From Giardia intestinalis (taxonomy: Eukaryota), in NCBI GenBank assembly GCA_000002435.2, contig CM018792.1: a DNA stretch of 64,000 nucleotides; one strand, 5' to 3'. Below the pieces are notes generated by a model. That model was not told the origin of the DNA, ran no database searches, and saw nothing but the letters and a program-made list of their open reading frames with translations. Shown piece by piece: positions 18,291 to 27,779 of the stretch. Each line of letters starts with the position of its first letter. Position 1 is the stretch's first letter. The position numbers were made by a program, and so were the translations under genes.

Positions 18291-19592
18291 CTACCTTTGA
18301 CCCGCGTCTCTGCCGCAATAAGAAATGTGAACTGTCTTATCGTAGACAAACGCGAAAATTGGCTCTGTTGGGTGGCCGCTGCAGTGCGATAGGTTGAACT
18401 TGGTGTCTAGGATCGTTGCCGGTCCTGGTCTGCTGAGGAAGCACCCGACGGCCTTTGGACGCTGTTCGGCATTAAGCCCAACAATGATGGTGTCATTCCA
18501 CATGGTCGTTGCGCATTGCCTAATATCTGGGAACACACAGACCGGCCGAGATGCGTCTCTGATGTCATACAGCTCACATGGATCGTCCGAAGAAAGTAGG
18601 TAGCGATACCCGTCCCCGAGGAAGTGTGCGGATACGTTTCGCCTCGACCCCTTAAAGGATACCCCCTGGGCTGCTGCTCTGCCGCCGCCATGGAGGTCTG
18701 CAAGGGTCTTTCCACTCCGTATGTCATAGAACACTATACCTCCCCCATAGGTCGCCCACATGAGGCTTGCAGAGACCAGTTGGCTGTTGAATCCGACGGC
18801 CGAAATGGAGGACGCGCCAGATATCGGGTTCGTGATAGGTATTCCTGCGCCTCGCTCATACTTGTTGATGTCAAGGAGACGTATCTGAGAATCGTTTCCC
18901 GATGATGCTGCAAGGATTGTTCCACAGGGATTCCAAGCTACTGATGTCAAACTGGTGGCCAGGTCGAATGTTTCTAGCATGTCTCTGGGGACGACGTCCT
19001 TTGGCTGCGTTGAGTATAGTCTGATAGTCGAATCTTTGCTGCATGAAGCGACAACGTGGGCGTAAGGATGGAAAGATGCGTCGGTCACTGTTCCGAAGTG
19101 ACCGTAATATGTGCGGCGGTACTTTTCCTTAAGTGCTTGCCCAGAAAGAACTGCAATGCCAACGTTAACCAGCTTGAGGCACGCGTCTGCAGCCCCGCTG
19201 ATCAGGTACTTCCCATCTCCTGAAAACTTGCTGAAAGTGGCCTTGTCTTGGTACTTACCTTCGTGCCGCACAGAGAAGTGGTGAAGCATACTTGGATCGT
19301 AAAACCCAGGGGCCTGAGAGGCGCCTGTACGAGACCCGGCTAAGCCGCTGTCTAGAGAGTGCTGACGCGTGTCTGCAATGGATGTGACGCTACCAAGGAG
19401 TCCTTGAACCTCGCTTACACCCCTGGTGCTTCCGAGAGAATGATTCACGAGCTGCAGGAGAGACGGGGACTCTGCGGGCAAATGAGGGAATGGGGTGGCC
19501 GTGGAACGCTGGAAGAGGACACTAGCAAGGTAGTTGCCATCGTCGTGCAACTGCCTCGCCATAAGCTGGTAGAGGTGGGCACGGTTAATCAT
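18291..19592 (-). CDS. WD40-repeat protein, likely cleavage stimulation factor 50-kDa subunit (CstF-50/CSTF1) homolog
   Basis: The N-terminus HLYQLMARQLHDDGNYLASVLF resembles the CstF-50 dimerisation segment ([23 protein letters not shown]). WD blocks KATFSKFSGDGKYLISGAADACLKLVNV and YYGHFGTVTDASFHPYAHVVASCSKDSTIRLYS are collinear with human CSTF1. The ATG at 19592 avoids overlap with the upstream gene. Confidence 0.6.
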   Translation of the reverse strand: MINRAHLYQLMARQLHDDGNYLASVLFQRSTATPFPHLPAESPSLLQLVNHSLGSTRGVSEVQGLLGSVTSIADTRQHSLDSGLAGSRTGASQAPGFYDPSMLHHFSVRHEGKYQDKATFSKFSGDGKYLISGAADACLKLVNVGIAVLSGQALKEKYRRTYYGHFGTVTDASFHPYAHVVASCSKDSTIRLYSTQPKDVVPRDMLETFDLATSLTSVAWNPCGTILAASSGNDSQIRLLDINKYERGAGIPITNPISGASSISAVGFNSQLVSASLMWATYGGGIVFYDIRSGKTLADLHGGGRAAAQGVSFKGSRRNVSAHFLGDGYRYLLSSDDPCELYDIRDASRPVCVFPDIRQCATTMWNDTIIVGLNAEQRPKAVGCFLSRPGPATILDTKFNLSHCSGHPTEPIFAFVYDKTVHISYCGRDAGQR

Positions 19593-19615
19593 AGACAAAA
19601 TGAATTTATAGATAC

Positions 19616-21268
19616 TCAGACGATGATTTGGTAGACCGTCCGGCCGAAAGCTACCAGGCAGGATCCTCCTAATGCAGTCGCGCACGCAGAGTCGACCCCG
19701 TCGCAAATCTGTTCCCCGAGGGGAGGAAGAACGACTCCAGTCAGAAACGTTTTGAGACCAGCACCTGTGTACTCAACCTTCGTGGACAACACGAGGAGCG
19801 AACAGTCTATGGTTCCCGAAAGGTCCTTGGCGTTGGCACAAGCAACAACTAGTTGGTCGTTGTGCCAATCAAGGCCCGTGATGCATCCTCCTGCCGCTCG
19901 TCCGTCACTAACCTCGTATGGCGCAGCAGAAAATGTACCCATGTGCTGCAGACGGATAGTAGGAGTCATTGCTGCCCCATCGAAGCTTCCAGCGGAGTAG
20001 AAGTACATTAGCGGAGATCGCGCACAGCTAAAGACAAGGGTTTCCGAAAGTCCAAAGCAAAGTGTGGGACTGTACTCGAAGGTTTGCTCGTTCTCTAGGA
20101 AGGTACTACCTGCCGACCCATTTGAAGACTCTAATATCGTATGCTTGGCAGTGGACGTATTGAGAGTATTGTCCTCCAGGTCCAGCCCGGAATTATATAG
20201 CTCATTGATGAGGTCCTCTCCACCCAGCATCACATTATCTCCTCCCCTGGCTATTTGCATGGCTGTGATGCAAGCAGCATTAGAGGACCGGATGTGCTTC
20301 GCAAAGGAGATTGCATTGGGAGGAGAAGGAAGGTTTTGGACCGTGCATGAGCGATTGGTAAGAAAGTCGTAAATCAAAAGCTCTCCCATGCTTGTTCCTA
20401 CAGCCAGACAGAAGCCACGCTGCGACATCGCTATGGCTGTGCACTGGCCGCTGATGACAAAGCTTGTGATGGGGCTAAGTTTGGTAAGGGAGACAAGAAC
20501 AATGCGCGAGGAGAGATGACTTCCGACAGCGAGGTACCTCCCGCAGGAGCTGGCAGTCATAAACGATGGCAGATATTGCCGATAGAAGAGACGCATAGGC
20601 GCTCTCCCTGTACTTACCTTCTGAGTCTGCGCAACAACTGGATACACGGGAGCATGGGATCTCCTGTGGTTGCTGTCTACGTCATTCTCTAAGATATTGC
20701 TCTTCAGAGAGACAACGTGGACAACGGTGGCCGACAGCTTGTGTGCTCTCCGCTTAATGGTGATTCTCAGAATGACAACACAGTCACAGAGGCCTACTGC
20801 CAGTGTCCGCATGCCAGAAAATGCCATTGACAGGATCATGACGCTTCCCATAGGAGCCAGACGGTCATGAAGATTGACATCCAGATATATGGCAGTCTGC
20901 GACGACGATCTGCCCAACGTTAATCGAATAGTACTTCCTCCGTAGGACGCCACAGCTGCAATGACATCACTGCAGACAAGAATTGCCGGGGGCGGAGTAA
21001 AGTTTAAACGGGGAGATGGAAGGAGCCGTAAAAGCGTTCCAGGGAGATTTCTGTAGAGGCCTTCAGTTAGTAGCGGTCGCAGTCCTACCATACTCTTGAG
21101 CCAGCTCATGAGGGAGAGCGTGGGCTCTCTTGCTTCGGGAAGCGTATCTAAATGAAGTATTTGGTCTGAACAAGGCCCTAGTAGGTCAAAGTTCGACAAA
21201 ATTAGGGGCACACGAGGATCCAGGTTCTCGTATCGACGCATCGTTTCGAGTAAAACGGGGTGCTGCAT
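19616..21268 (-). CDS. Hypothetical beta-propeller-like protein, about 550 aa
   Basis: Long ORF. The first real ATG is at 21268 (MQHPVLLETMRRYENL); the 'M' at 21292 is a TTG. It shares a 39-bp AT-rich divergent promoter with the CHP gene. Confidence 0.55.
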   Translation of the reverse strand: MQHPVLLETMRRYENLDPRVPLILSNFDLLGPCSDQILHLDTLPEAREPTLSLMSWLKSMVGLRPLLTEGLYRNLPGTLLRLLPSPRLNFTPPPAILVCSDVIAAVASYGGSTIRLTLGRSSSQTAIYLDVNLHDRLAPMGSVMILSMAFSGMRTLAVGLCDCVVILRITIKRRAHKLSATVVHVVSLKSNILENDVDSNHRRSHAPVYPVVAQTQKVSTGRAPMRLFYRQYLPSFMTASSCGRYLAVGSHLSSRIVLVSLTKLSPITSFVISGQCTAIAMSQRGFCLAVGTSMGELLIYDFLTNRSCTVQNLPSPPNAISFAKHIRSSNAACITAMQIARGGDNVMLGGEDLINELYNSGLDLEDNTLNTSTAKHTILESSNGSAGSTFLENEQTFEYSPTLCFGLSETLVFSCARSPLMYFYSAGSFDGAAMTPTIRLQHMGTFSAAPYEVSDGRAAGGCITGLDWHNDQLVVACANAKDLSGTIDCSLLVLSTKVEYTGAGLKTFLTGVVLPPLGEQICDGVDSACATALGGSCLVAFGRTVYQIIV

Positions 21269-21307
21269 GACAAAAAACAATAAAGGAAACAATAAAGGAA
21301 AGGGAAA

Positions 21308-21880
21308 ATGGGGGCCGCGTGGAGCAACGAGACATTCGACGAGGACTTCCGGGGGATTACCTCGTCACTGATGCTTCGGGAGAAGAAGCGGCTCTATAGG
21401 CGGTTCATGCGACTCTCTAAGGGGCAGAAATACATTGAGCGCCAGACGCTTTTGGACATTCCGGAGATAAGCACAAACCCACTCAAGGACAGGGTGACCC
21501 TACAGTTCATCGATATGAACAGAGATCGGATCAGCCTGAAAAGCTTCATAGAAAACATCGAGGTCTTCTCTGGGGGGACGAGTCTCGAAAAGAAGGCCAC
21601 GTTCATCTTTAATGTGTACGATGTGGACAGGAACGCCATCATCGACGAGGCAGACATGACCCAGATCCTGACGAGTGTCCTGGGTGTGGCGGATAACAGC
21701 GACGGCAAGGGGCCTTCTCTTGCCTCTCTAAAGTCTATCGCACGGAACACCATAGACGGCATGTTTGCCATCATCGAAAAAGACCCCGAGGAGTTCGAGC
21801 GTCGGATAGACCTGCGGACATTCACTCTTCTATTAGACCGTATGGAGGGCGCCTCTCTTAAGCTGACTCTTTCAATGTGA
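21308..21880 (+). CDS. Calcineurin B-homologous / CHP-like EF-hand protein, N-myristoylation consensus (MGAAWS)
   Basis: Canonical EF-hand loop DVDRNAIIDEADM. The size and layout match calcineurin-B/CHP. An AGTAAAT poly(A) signal lies 20 nt after the stop. Confidence 0.75.
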   Translation: MGAAWSNETFDEDFRGITSSLMLREKKRLYRRFMRLSKGQKYIERQTLLDIPEISTNPLKDRVTLQFIDMNRDRISLKSFIENIEVFSGGTSLEKKATFIFNVYDVDRNAIIDEADMTQILTSVLGVADNSDGKGPSLASLKSIARNTIDGMFAIIEKDPEEFERRIDLRTFTLLLDRMEGASLKLTLSM

Positions 21881-21929
21881 GCAGCGCACGCCGAGTAAAT
21901 GCTAGATTTAAAAGAAAGGATTTGCTCAA

Positions 21930-22520
21930 ATGAGTCAACAGCTCATAGTCAAGATAGCGCTTCTGGGGAACGCAGAGGCGGGAAAGACCTCCCTTATGGT
22001 GCGGTACGTGGAGGGCGAGTTCAACCACAACTATATCCAGTCTCTAGGGGTCAACTTCATGGAGCGTACAATTACCCTACACGACAACCCCGTCCTCCTG
22101 TCCATCTGGGACCTCGGCGGAGAATCTGAATTTAAGAACATGCTCCCGTTGGTGTGCGATGGGTCCATGGTCTTTCTTTATATATTCGACCTCACTTCCA
22201 AAACAAGCCTTGCTAGCATAAAGGAGTGGTATCGGCAGGCAAAGGCCCTCAACCGCTCTGCCTTTCCTGTTCTCGTGGGAGCCAAGTATGATCGGTTCCG
22301 CGAGCTCCGGGAAGACAAGAAAAGGGAAATCATAGAGCATGCGCGCCGCTACAGCAAGGCGATGAAGAACTGCCCTTTAGTGTTCACGTCTGCAGAGCTT
22401 GGAGTGAACATAAACCGCCTCTTCAAGCTCGTTGTCTGCCTCGTCTTCGGGCTGAACCCGGGAATAGAGCAAATAGAAGCAGATGATCAACCTATCTTCG
22501 AGTACACGCTCATTCAGTAG
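21930..22520 (+). CDS. Tem1/Spg1-type small GTPase (mitotic-exit / septation-initiation family)
   Basis: P-loop LLGNAEAGKTSL, LGVNFMERTI, WDLGGESEF, SIKEWYRQAKALNRSAFPVLVGAKYD are collinear with S. pombe Spg1 (VGDAQVGKTSL..LGVNFLKR..MDLGGQREF..IKEWYRQA..VGTKYD). Confidence 0.8.
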   Translation: MSQQLIVKIALLGNAEAGKTSLMVRYVEGEFNHNYIQSLGVNFMERTITLHDNPVLLSIWDLGGESEFKNMLPLVCDGSMVFLYIFDLTSKTSLASIKEWYRQAKALNRSAFPVLVGAKYDRFRELREDKKREIIEHARRYSKAMKNCPLVFTSAELGVNINRLFKLVVCLVFGLNPGIEQIEADDQPIFEYTLIQ

Positions 22521-22662
22521 GCGGTGTAGCCCTTATAAATGTTTATATGAACTTTTGCGGACCACCCTCACTTTAGATGCGAAGGTAAATTAATGAAACT
22601 TTCCCCTTTGGTGTTTTATCGTTTTATCGTTTAACGTTTAGCGTTTTTCAAAAAAGTCGAGG

Positions 22663-23595
22663 ATGCAGAACGCCAACTTTCCCACCGACGCCGACGGACG
22701 AGTCTACCACCTCTTCATCCGTCCCGGGGAGGCTGCGAACCGCGTCCTAACCGTCGGAGACGTCCCTCGCGCGGTTGCGATAGCCAAGACGCCCGGGTTC
22801 GAGGTCAAGTTCATTCGCCGCGCCCCCCGCCTCTTCACTACGATCACGGGGCTTTACAAGGGGGTCCCGGTGACCATTATCACGAGCCTGATGGGCATTC
22901 CCAACGCCGACTTCACCTTCCGCGAGCTCAGGCACTGCATCCAGGGGCCCTTTGCCATTGTCCGTATCGGCACTTGCGGAACACCCCTCGAGGATGCAAA
23001 GGTGGGCGACATTATCGTTCCGGACGTCTATCACACCGTTCTCCGCAACCCGGATGCCTTTGGTCCGGGGAAGAGCCTCCCCATCGAGCAGCGCTACCTG
23101 GTCTCGGGAGAGATGCATCCTGACCGTGATCTGACGTCCATCGTTCGCAAGCACGTCTCGACACTTTCATACAAGATGCACGCAGGCGCCTGTCTGTCCT
23201 GCTGCTCTTTCTATTCGTCACAGGGCCGTCAGGACCAGAACTTCCAGGACCAGAACGTGGAGCTCGTCGACCACTACATCAAGACAGTTCCTGGGTTCTC
23301 CATGATGGAGATGGAGAGTGCGCACTTCTGCGACCTTGCGCGCTGCGTCAACTCGAGCGTGTGCGGGGCTGTCTACATGTCTGCGGCGCATATCGCCCTT
23401 GCTCAGCGCAAAAGCAACGACTTTCTGTCCAATGAGAAGAAGCACCAGATTGAGCTTGGTCTCGGGAAGGCCATCTTGGATTCCCTTGTGGAGTTCAAGA
23501 TCCCCGGAGAGGTGACCACTGTGGCAAACAGTGTCTGGACCCACACGGGCGAGCCCCTCGGCGATTGGACTGATTTCAAATCCGAGTTTGAGTGA
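22663..23595 (+). CDS. Uridine phosphorylase (PNP/UDP phosphorylase family 1)
   Basis: RVLTVGDVPRA, ITSLMGIPNA, RIGTCGT..VGDIIVP and EMESAHF are the family-1 nucleoside phosphorylase motifs. An AGTGAAT poly(A) signal overlaps the stop. Confidence 0.8.
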   Translation: MQNANFPTDADGRVYHLFIRPGEAANRVLTVGDVPRAVAIAKTPGFEVKFIRRAPRLFTTITGLYKGVPVTIITSLMGIPNADFTFRELRHCIQGPFAIVRIGTCGTPLEDAKVGDIIVPDVYHTVLRNPDAFGPGKSLPIEQRYLVSGEMHPDRDLTSIVRKHVSTLSYKMHAGACLSCCSFYSSQGRQDQNFQDQNVELVDHYIKTVPGFSMMEMESAHFCDLARCVNSSVCGAVYMSAAHIALAQRKSNDFLSNEKKHQIELGLGKAILDSLVEFKIPGEVTTVANSVWTHTGEPLGDWTDFKSEFE

Positions 23596-23622
23596 ATCAA
23601 TTAATTAAAAAGATTAGACGAG

Positions 23623-24372
23623 ATGCTGCTCTCTTTGCTCGCACTGGTTCTTGCTGCGCCCGTGGGGCCTGGGAAGACCGCAGGGAAGGGGCGAGCAGCG
23701 TTTGATGTTAAGGACCTTGTGGCTGGAGAATACAATGCGACGCTCCGTGTGGGTTTTGGTGATGTCCAGAAGACATATCAAGGAGCCCTGGAGTTGACCA
23801 ATGGGACGTCCTCTGGGCTCCTGAAGGAAGTCCTCATCACTGGCGAAGGCGACAATGTGACCACTGAAGTCTTGCATAGTTACAAGCTTGATATTGAAGT
23901 TCTCAACAAGACCGCTGTTGATGTGAAGTTGGAGGGGTCCCCCGCCGTGACGCTTGTATTTGAGGTAGATCAGAATACAGGGAGCATCGAGGCCCGTGAA
24001 AAGACTGTCGCTGGAGACGCCATTACTGCCTCAATTGTCAATGGAAATTACTTTACACTCAGCGTCTTACGCAAGGATGCACAGCTGTTCACCTACTCCA
24101 TCTCTAAGAAGAAGGTCGCTGCAAAGGTGCCTGTCTGGCAGCGATTGATAAGCCCTGCTATGATGCTTGTCTCCATGTTTGTTTCTCAGCGCATGAAGAA
24201 GATGCAGATGGCGACAGCGCCCACAAACCCAGAGCCCCACGGCGTTGAGTACCCTGTTGACACCGCGAGCGATGCTGCTTCTGCCGCCGCAGAGGTGGAG
24301 CCAAAACAGACGGAGAATCACGACGAACAAGATGGCAATGCCGAAGGCACCGAGGAGCCGGAGGTTGAGTAA
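23623..24372 (+). CDS. Hypothetical secreted/type-I membrane protein with N-glycosylation sites and an acidic C-terminus
   Basis: Signal peptide MLLSLLALVLAAP, a hydrophobic stretch LISPAMMLVSMFV near the C-terminus, and AGTAAAT after the stop. Confidence 0.55.
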   Translation: MLLSLLALVLAAPVGPGKTAGKGRAAFDVKDLVAGEYNATLRVGFGDVQKTYQGALELTNGTSSGLLKEVLITGEGDNVTTEVLHSYKLDIEVLNKTAVDVKLEGSPAVTLVFEVDQNTGSIEAREKTVAGDAITASIVNGNYFTLSVLRKDAQLFTYSISKKKVAAKVPVWQRLISPAMMLVSMFVSQRMKKMQMATAPTNPEPHGVEYPVDTASDAASAAAEVEPKQTENHDEQDGNAEGTEEPEVE

Positions 24373-24382
24373 ATATTCACTT

Positions 24383-25150
24383 CTAGGACTCGCGGCGGAC
24401 GGGTTTCTGGGCCTTTCGGTCCCTGGCTGTCTCAACTCTGCCTCCAAGCTTCCGGATGGTGGAGTGTCTAATGCGGAGCTCTCCATCCGCATACCTTCCT
24501 AGAAGTCCATCTATGCTGCGAGACCCGTCCCACATTGAAGGCCTCCCGCGGTGGTCAGAAAGCTTACGGTGTCTCTTTGCAGCCTCAGGATGCACCTTCT
24601 CCCACGTCAGATCCATAATATTCTCCATGGTGCCCATTGCTGGAGTATACTTCCTGCCGGTCTTACTTATACCGTAGAGCCCCGTCTCTCTGGTTTCGTC
24701 CTGACACTGCCTATTGTAGGCACGCTCTGCCTGGCGGAGCTTCTTGAGCTCTGGTAGCGGGAGAGGCCTACGCTTGGGGGTGTTAGCACCGTGCTCCAAC
24801 ATACGGCGCCGCTTAAGGGCTGCAAAATCGGCCTGCTCGCCCCGTGAAAGTGTAAGCTTCTTTTCCTGCATGAGATCCGTGAGGAGATCGACCATGGACA
24901 TAGAGTTCACGCGCTTCATGACTTCATCACGCTTCTTAAGCTTATCCTCTTCGGTCATGTTTTCCGTGCGTTCGACCTGATTGCGAGGCTTCCGCCTAAA
25001 TGCTAGGACTGCTCTCTCGCGACGTTCGTGAGCCTGTCTGTACGGCTCAACATCACTCGCCAAGGCTGCGACAGATGGCTCGTCATACCTGACCTTCTCA
25101 GACTCCCGCAGGAAGGCCTTGAATGCCGCCTCATTGACAAAGACCTCCAT
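24383..25150 (-). CDS. Hypothetical basic/charged protein, possibly a nuclear or spliceosomal-type coiled-coil protein
   Basis: A 255-aa ORF with an AT-rich initiator (ggtaaaaaATG) upstream. I recognise no homolog. Confidence 0.5.
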   Translation of the reverse strand: MEVFVNEAAFKAFLRESEKVRYDEPSVAALASDVEPYRQAHERRERAVLAFRRKPRNQVERTENMTEEDKLKKRDEVMKRVNSMSMVDLLTDLMQEKKLTLSRGEQADFAALKRRRMLEHGANTPKRRPLPLPELKKLRQAERAYNRQCQDETRETGLYGISKTGRKYTPAMGTMENIMDLTWEKVHPEAAKRHRKLSDHRGRPSMWDGSRSIDGLLGRYADGELRIRHSTIRKLGGRVETARDRKAQKPVRRES

Positions 25151-25165
25151 TTTTTACCGTGGTAT

Positions 25166-25915
25166 TTACTGCGAGCCCACCGTGGCATAGGACATCTTGC
25201 AATCATCGCCCCTCATTGTGTAATAGGCGGTGGTTCTGCATATGTTGATAATTAGAAAGGCGTCAGACCCTGCAGGCATGACAGAGACATGCCAGCCAAG
25301 GGTCTGCGCCGCCGTTAAAGCTGCATCGGAGGCTTCTTGTTCGACAGTCTTGGCGTCGCAGCTCGTGTTGTGGCGGATGGTTGCAGAGACTCTAATTAAG
25401 AAGGGCCGCTCTTCTGTACACATGCCCTTAATGGATGAGTCTGCACTCTCAAGTGCACCAAGGTAGGCAGTCACTGCTCTGGTGGTGCCGCGGTGTATCT
25501 CTGCTGTCCTAAACCCTGATGTAGCCAGCACGGGGTAGATTCGACTGATCTGATAGAACGACCTTTCCTCTGTCAGCGCTTTTCTAAGGCAGTCCACAAC
25601 AGCGTTTGCATCTGGACACATGGGATCGCGTGTCCAGCCGACAAAGACGAACCCGCGTACACCCGTGGGTATCGTAAGCAGACGGTCCTTGCCCTGAGCC
25701 AAAGCAGCAAGCTCGTCCTCTAGAGTAGCGCACTCGTCATGCAACAACGAGAAGGCAGAAACGTAGTCGTGCAGGATCCGGACGGCGCTTTTTGCGACCG
25801 TTCGGGGGTCCAAGCACGCCGATGTAACAAGAATGCCATCGCATCCATCAGGAACCTTTTCGGAAGACACTGCTCCCTGCATCCGCCGCCCATCGCGGAC
25901 CCACCGCTTGCCCAT
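25166..25915 (-). CDS. Hypothetical protein
   Basis: The first ATG is at 25915; the 'M' at 25942 in the ORF track is a TTG. It shares an AT-rich divergent region (25943-25990) with RPL26. Confidence 0.45.
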   Translation of the reverse strand: MGKRWVRDGRRMQGAVSSEKVPDGCDGILVTSACLDPRTVAKSAVRILHDYVSAFSLLHDECATLEDELAALAQGKDRLLTIPTGVRGFVFVGWTRDPMCPDANAVVDCLRKALTEERSFYQISRIYPVLATSGFRTAEIHRGTTRAVTAYLGALESADSSIKGMCTEERPFLIRVSATIRHNTSCDAKTVEQEASDAALTAAQTLGWHVSVMPAGSDAFLIINICRTTAYYTMRGDDCKMSYATVGSQ

Positions 25916-26004
25916 AAAGGTTGAGCCGGCGACAGACCCCAAAAAAATAATTCGATTTGAAATGGAAATTGGCCCATTTTTTGAATCACCCGGCGAAGCC
26001 TGGA

Positions 26005-26412
26005 ATGAAGCTCAACTCCGCCGTCACCGCGTCCCGTCGCAAGTGCCGCAAGGCTTACTTCACAGCTAACGCAGAGACCAGGGCCAAGATGATGTCCTCG
26101 CGCTTGTCCAAGGAGCTTCGCGCAGAGCACAAGATCAAGACCATGCCCATCCGCAGGGGAGACATCGTCGAGATTTTCACGGGTGGCCACAAGGGAACCG
26201 GGAAGGTTGTCGAGGTGCGCCGCAGGGACTACAAGATCTGCGTGGAGGGCATCAACCAGAAGGCCCGCAACCCGGAGGCGAAGCCCGTTCCGTATCCCAT
26301 CCATCCCTCCAACTGCATAATAAAGGAGCTGTACATGAACGGGAGCCGTTACAGAGCCATCAAGCGTCGCCAGGAGCGCAACGCTGAGCGCCTTGCGAGG
26401 ATTGGTAAGTAA
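26005..26412 (+). CDS. RPL26: 60S ribosomal protein L26 (uL24, KOW domain)
   Basis: MKLNSAVTASRRKCRKAYF..MSSRLSKELR..MPIRRGDIVEIFTGGHKGTGKVVEV is collinear with eukaryotic L26 (MKFNPFVTSDRSKNRKRHF..MSSPLSKELR..MPIRKDDEVQVVRGHYKG). AGTAAAT overlaps the stop. Confidence 0.9.
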   Translation: MKLNSAVTASRRKCRKAYFTANAETRAKMMSSRLSKELRAEHKIKTMPIRRGDIVEIFTGGHKGTGKVVEVRRRDYKICVEGINQKARNPEAKPVPYPIHPSNCIIKELYMNGSRYRAIKRRQERNAERLARIGK

Positions 26413-26424
26413 ATTTGCTCTGCG

Positions 26425-27720
26425 ATGACCATTTTCCGCGGGTATCTACCTGCGCTTGCGGGGCGGCCGTCCTGCTTGCTTGCTGCAATATACCGGGCCG
26501 TGCTTATGGCTGTCAAACAGGAAGGGTTGACGCTGGATATCCGGGATGTGATCACCGAGAAGGAACGGGCAGAGCGCGACCCGGCTGTTATCTACTGGCA
26601 CAAGGCGTTGCTTGATGGTATGACTTTGCGAACGGTGGACTTGACAGATCTCCAGCAATGCTTTTTAGAGAAACCCGTCAGATCAGGGGCCGGAGTTGCC
26701 TCTTACATTAAGGACATATATGGCAAGCTGCCCTCTATGCTTATAAGCAGGCTTTTCAAGCAATCTATCAAGTGCACCTGTGGAGCCCAGGCGAGCACGA
26801 CGTTTCCCATCTGCGTTCCTACACCGTCAGCTGGGCCTCGCCTCACTGAGTTCCTTGAAGAAGCAGCGACAGTATGTCCACTCTGCCGAAGAAAAGATAC
26901 CGTACTATCCAGCAGCATCCCTGTCCTTATATTCTTAGTCAGCCAAGAAGGGTGTCTCAGAACAGGCAACGAGTCAAACAGAGCCTTTGTGTTTGAAGGT
27001 TTAGAATACCTAACAATCGGGGTTATCTTTGCAGCGCAAAGTAATGGCCCCTCTGAGACTCTATCTCTGCGCGCTGGAGTTGTAAGCCCTCTGTCTGGTG
27101 AGGTAGAAATGTTTGCAGCAGACGGAAAAGTTAGTCAGCATGATACGGAGCAGTTCAGACTATGGCTTGACGGTGCGCAAGGAGAGATAGAGGGCCTTAT
27201 CTGCATAGGGCTTGTTCTTCTCAACAAGAGACCTGAAGGTACAAGATACGTACAGAAAAGAAAGAGCAAGAGGAAACCAGCTCGACGTAAAAGCCGTATT
27301 GATGCACTTCCTCACACCCAGAGCACTTCAAAGCATAGTAGCTACACTGAGGACTCAGGCTATCAATACTCATATAGTGATTTCAGCAGCCGGAGTAGTG
27401 TATCATCTGATCGAGGACTCAGAAGAAGTTCTAGAGGAGAACAAAAAGATCGGAAGGCAATGGTCAAAGACGACAACCGGAGCAGACTTGCGGCTCGCAG
27501 TGGAAGCTCACCGTCTGAGACTACAGAAGGCTATCAAGTCGCAGCTGTTCGAGTCAATAGAGACGACGGGCTTTACTATCCATCCCGAGCATCTCCACAA
27601 AAATGCACATGCTGTGGCCCCGCTACAATAACGGCTCTTTGGATTGTGATAACTGTTACTGGATGCGTAACGCTGATTAATCTTATCTTAGTGTGCATTC
27701 TCTTCAGCCAGTTGCGCTAG
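26425..27720 (+). CDS. Hypothetical tail-anchored membrane protein with a Ser/Arg/Lys-rich region and a C-terminal TM (ALWIVITVTGCVTLINLILVCILF)
   Basis: The ORF starts at a genuine ATG 13 nt after the L26 stop. I recognise no homolog. Confidence 0.5.
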   Translation: MTIFRGYLPALAGRPSCLLAAIYRAVLMAVKQEGLTLDIRDVITEKERAERDPAVIYWHKALLDGMTLRTVDLTDLQQCFLEKPVRSGAGVASYIKDIYGKLPSMLISRLFKQSIKCTCGAQASTTFPICVPTPSAGPRLTEFLEEAATVCPLCRRKDTVLSSSIPVLIFLVSQEGCLRTGNESNRAFVFEGLEYLTIGVIFAAQSNGPSETLSLRAGVVSPLSGEVEMFAADGKVSQHDTEQFRLWLDGAQGEIEGLICIGLVLLNKRPEGTRYVQKRKSKRKPARRKSRIDALPHTQSTSKHSSYTEDSGYQYSYSDFSSRSSVSSDRGLRRSSRGEQKDRKAMVKDDNRSRLAARSGSSPSETTEGYQVAAVRVNRDDGLYYPSRASPQKCTCCGPATITALWIVITVTGCVTLINLILVCILFSQLR

Positions 27721-27779
27721 CCACCCCAAGTAAATTGCCCCAAGTAAATTTGCTTTTCCTTTGTCGTGCGAAAAACCCA

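Noticed and set aside
25720-26304. 194-aa minus-strand ORF overlapping RPL26
   Set aside because: It is antisense to a highly conserved ribosomal protein CDS and has no supporting features.
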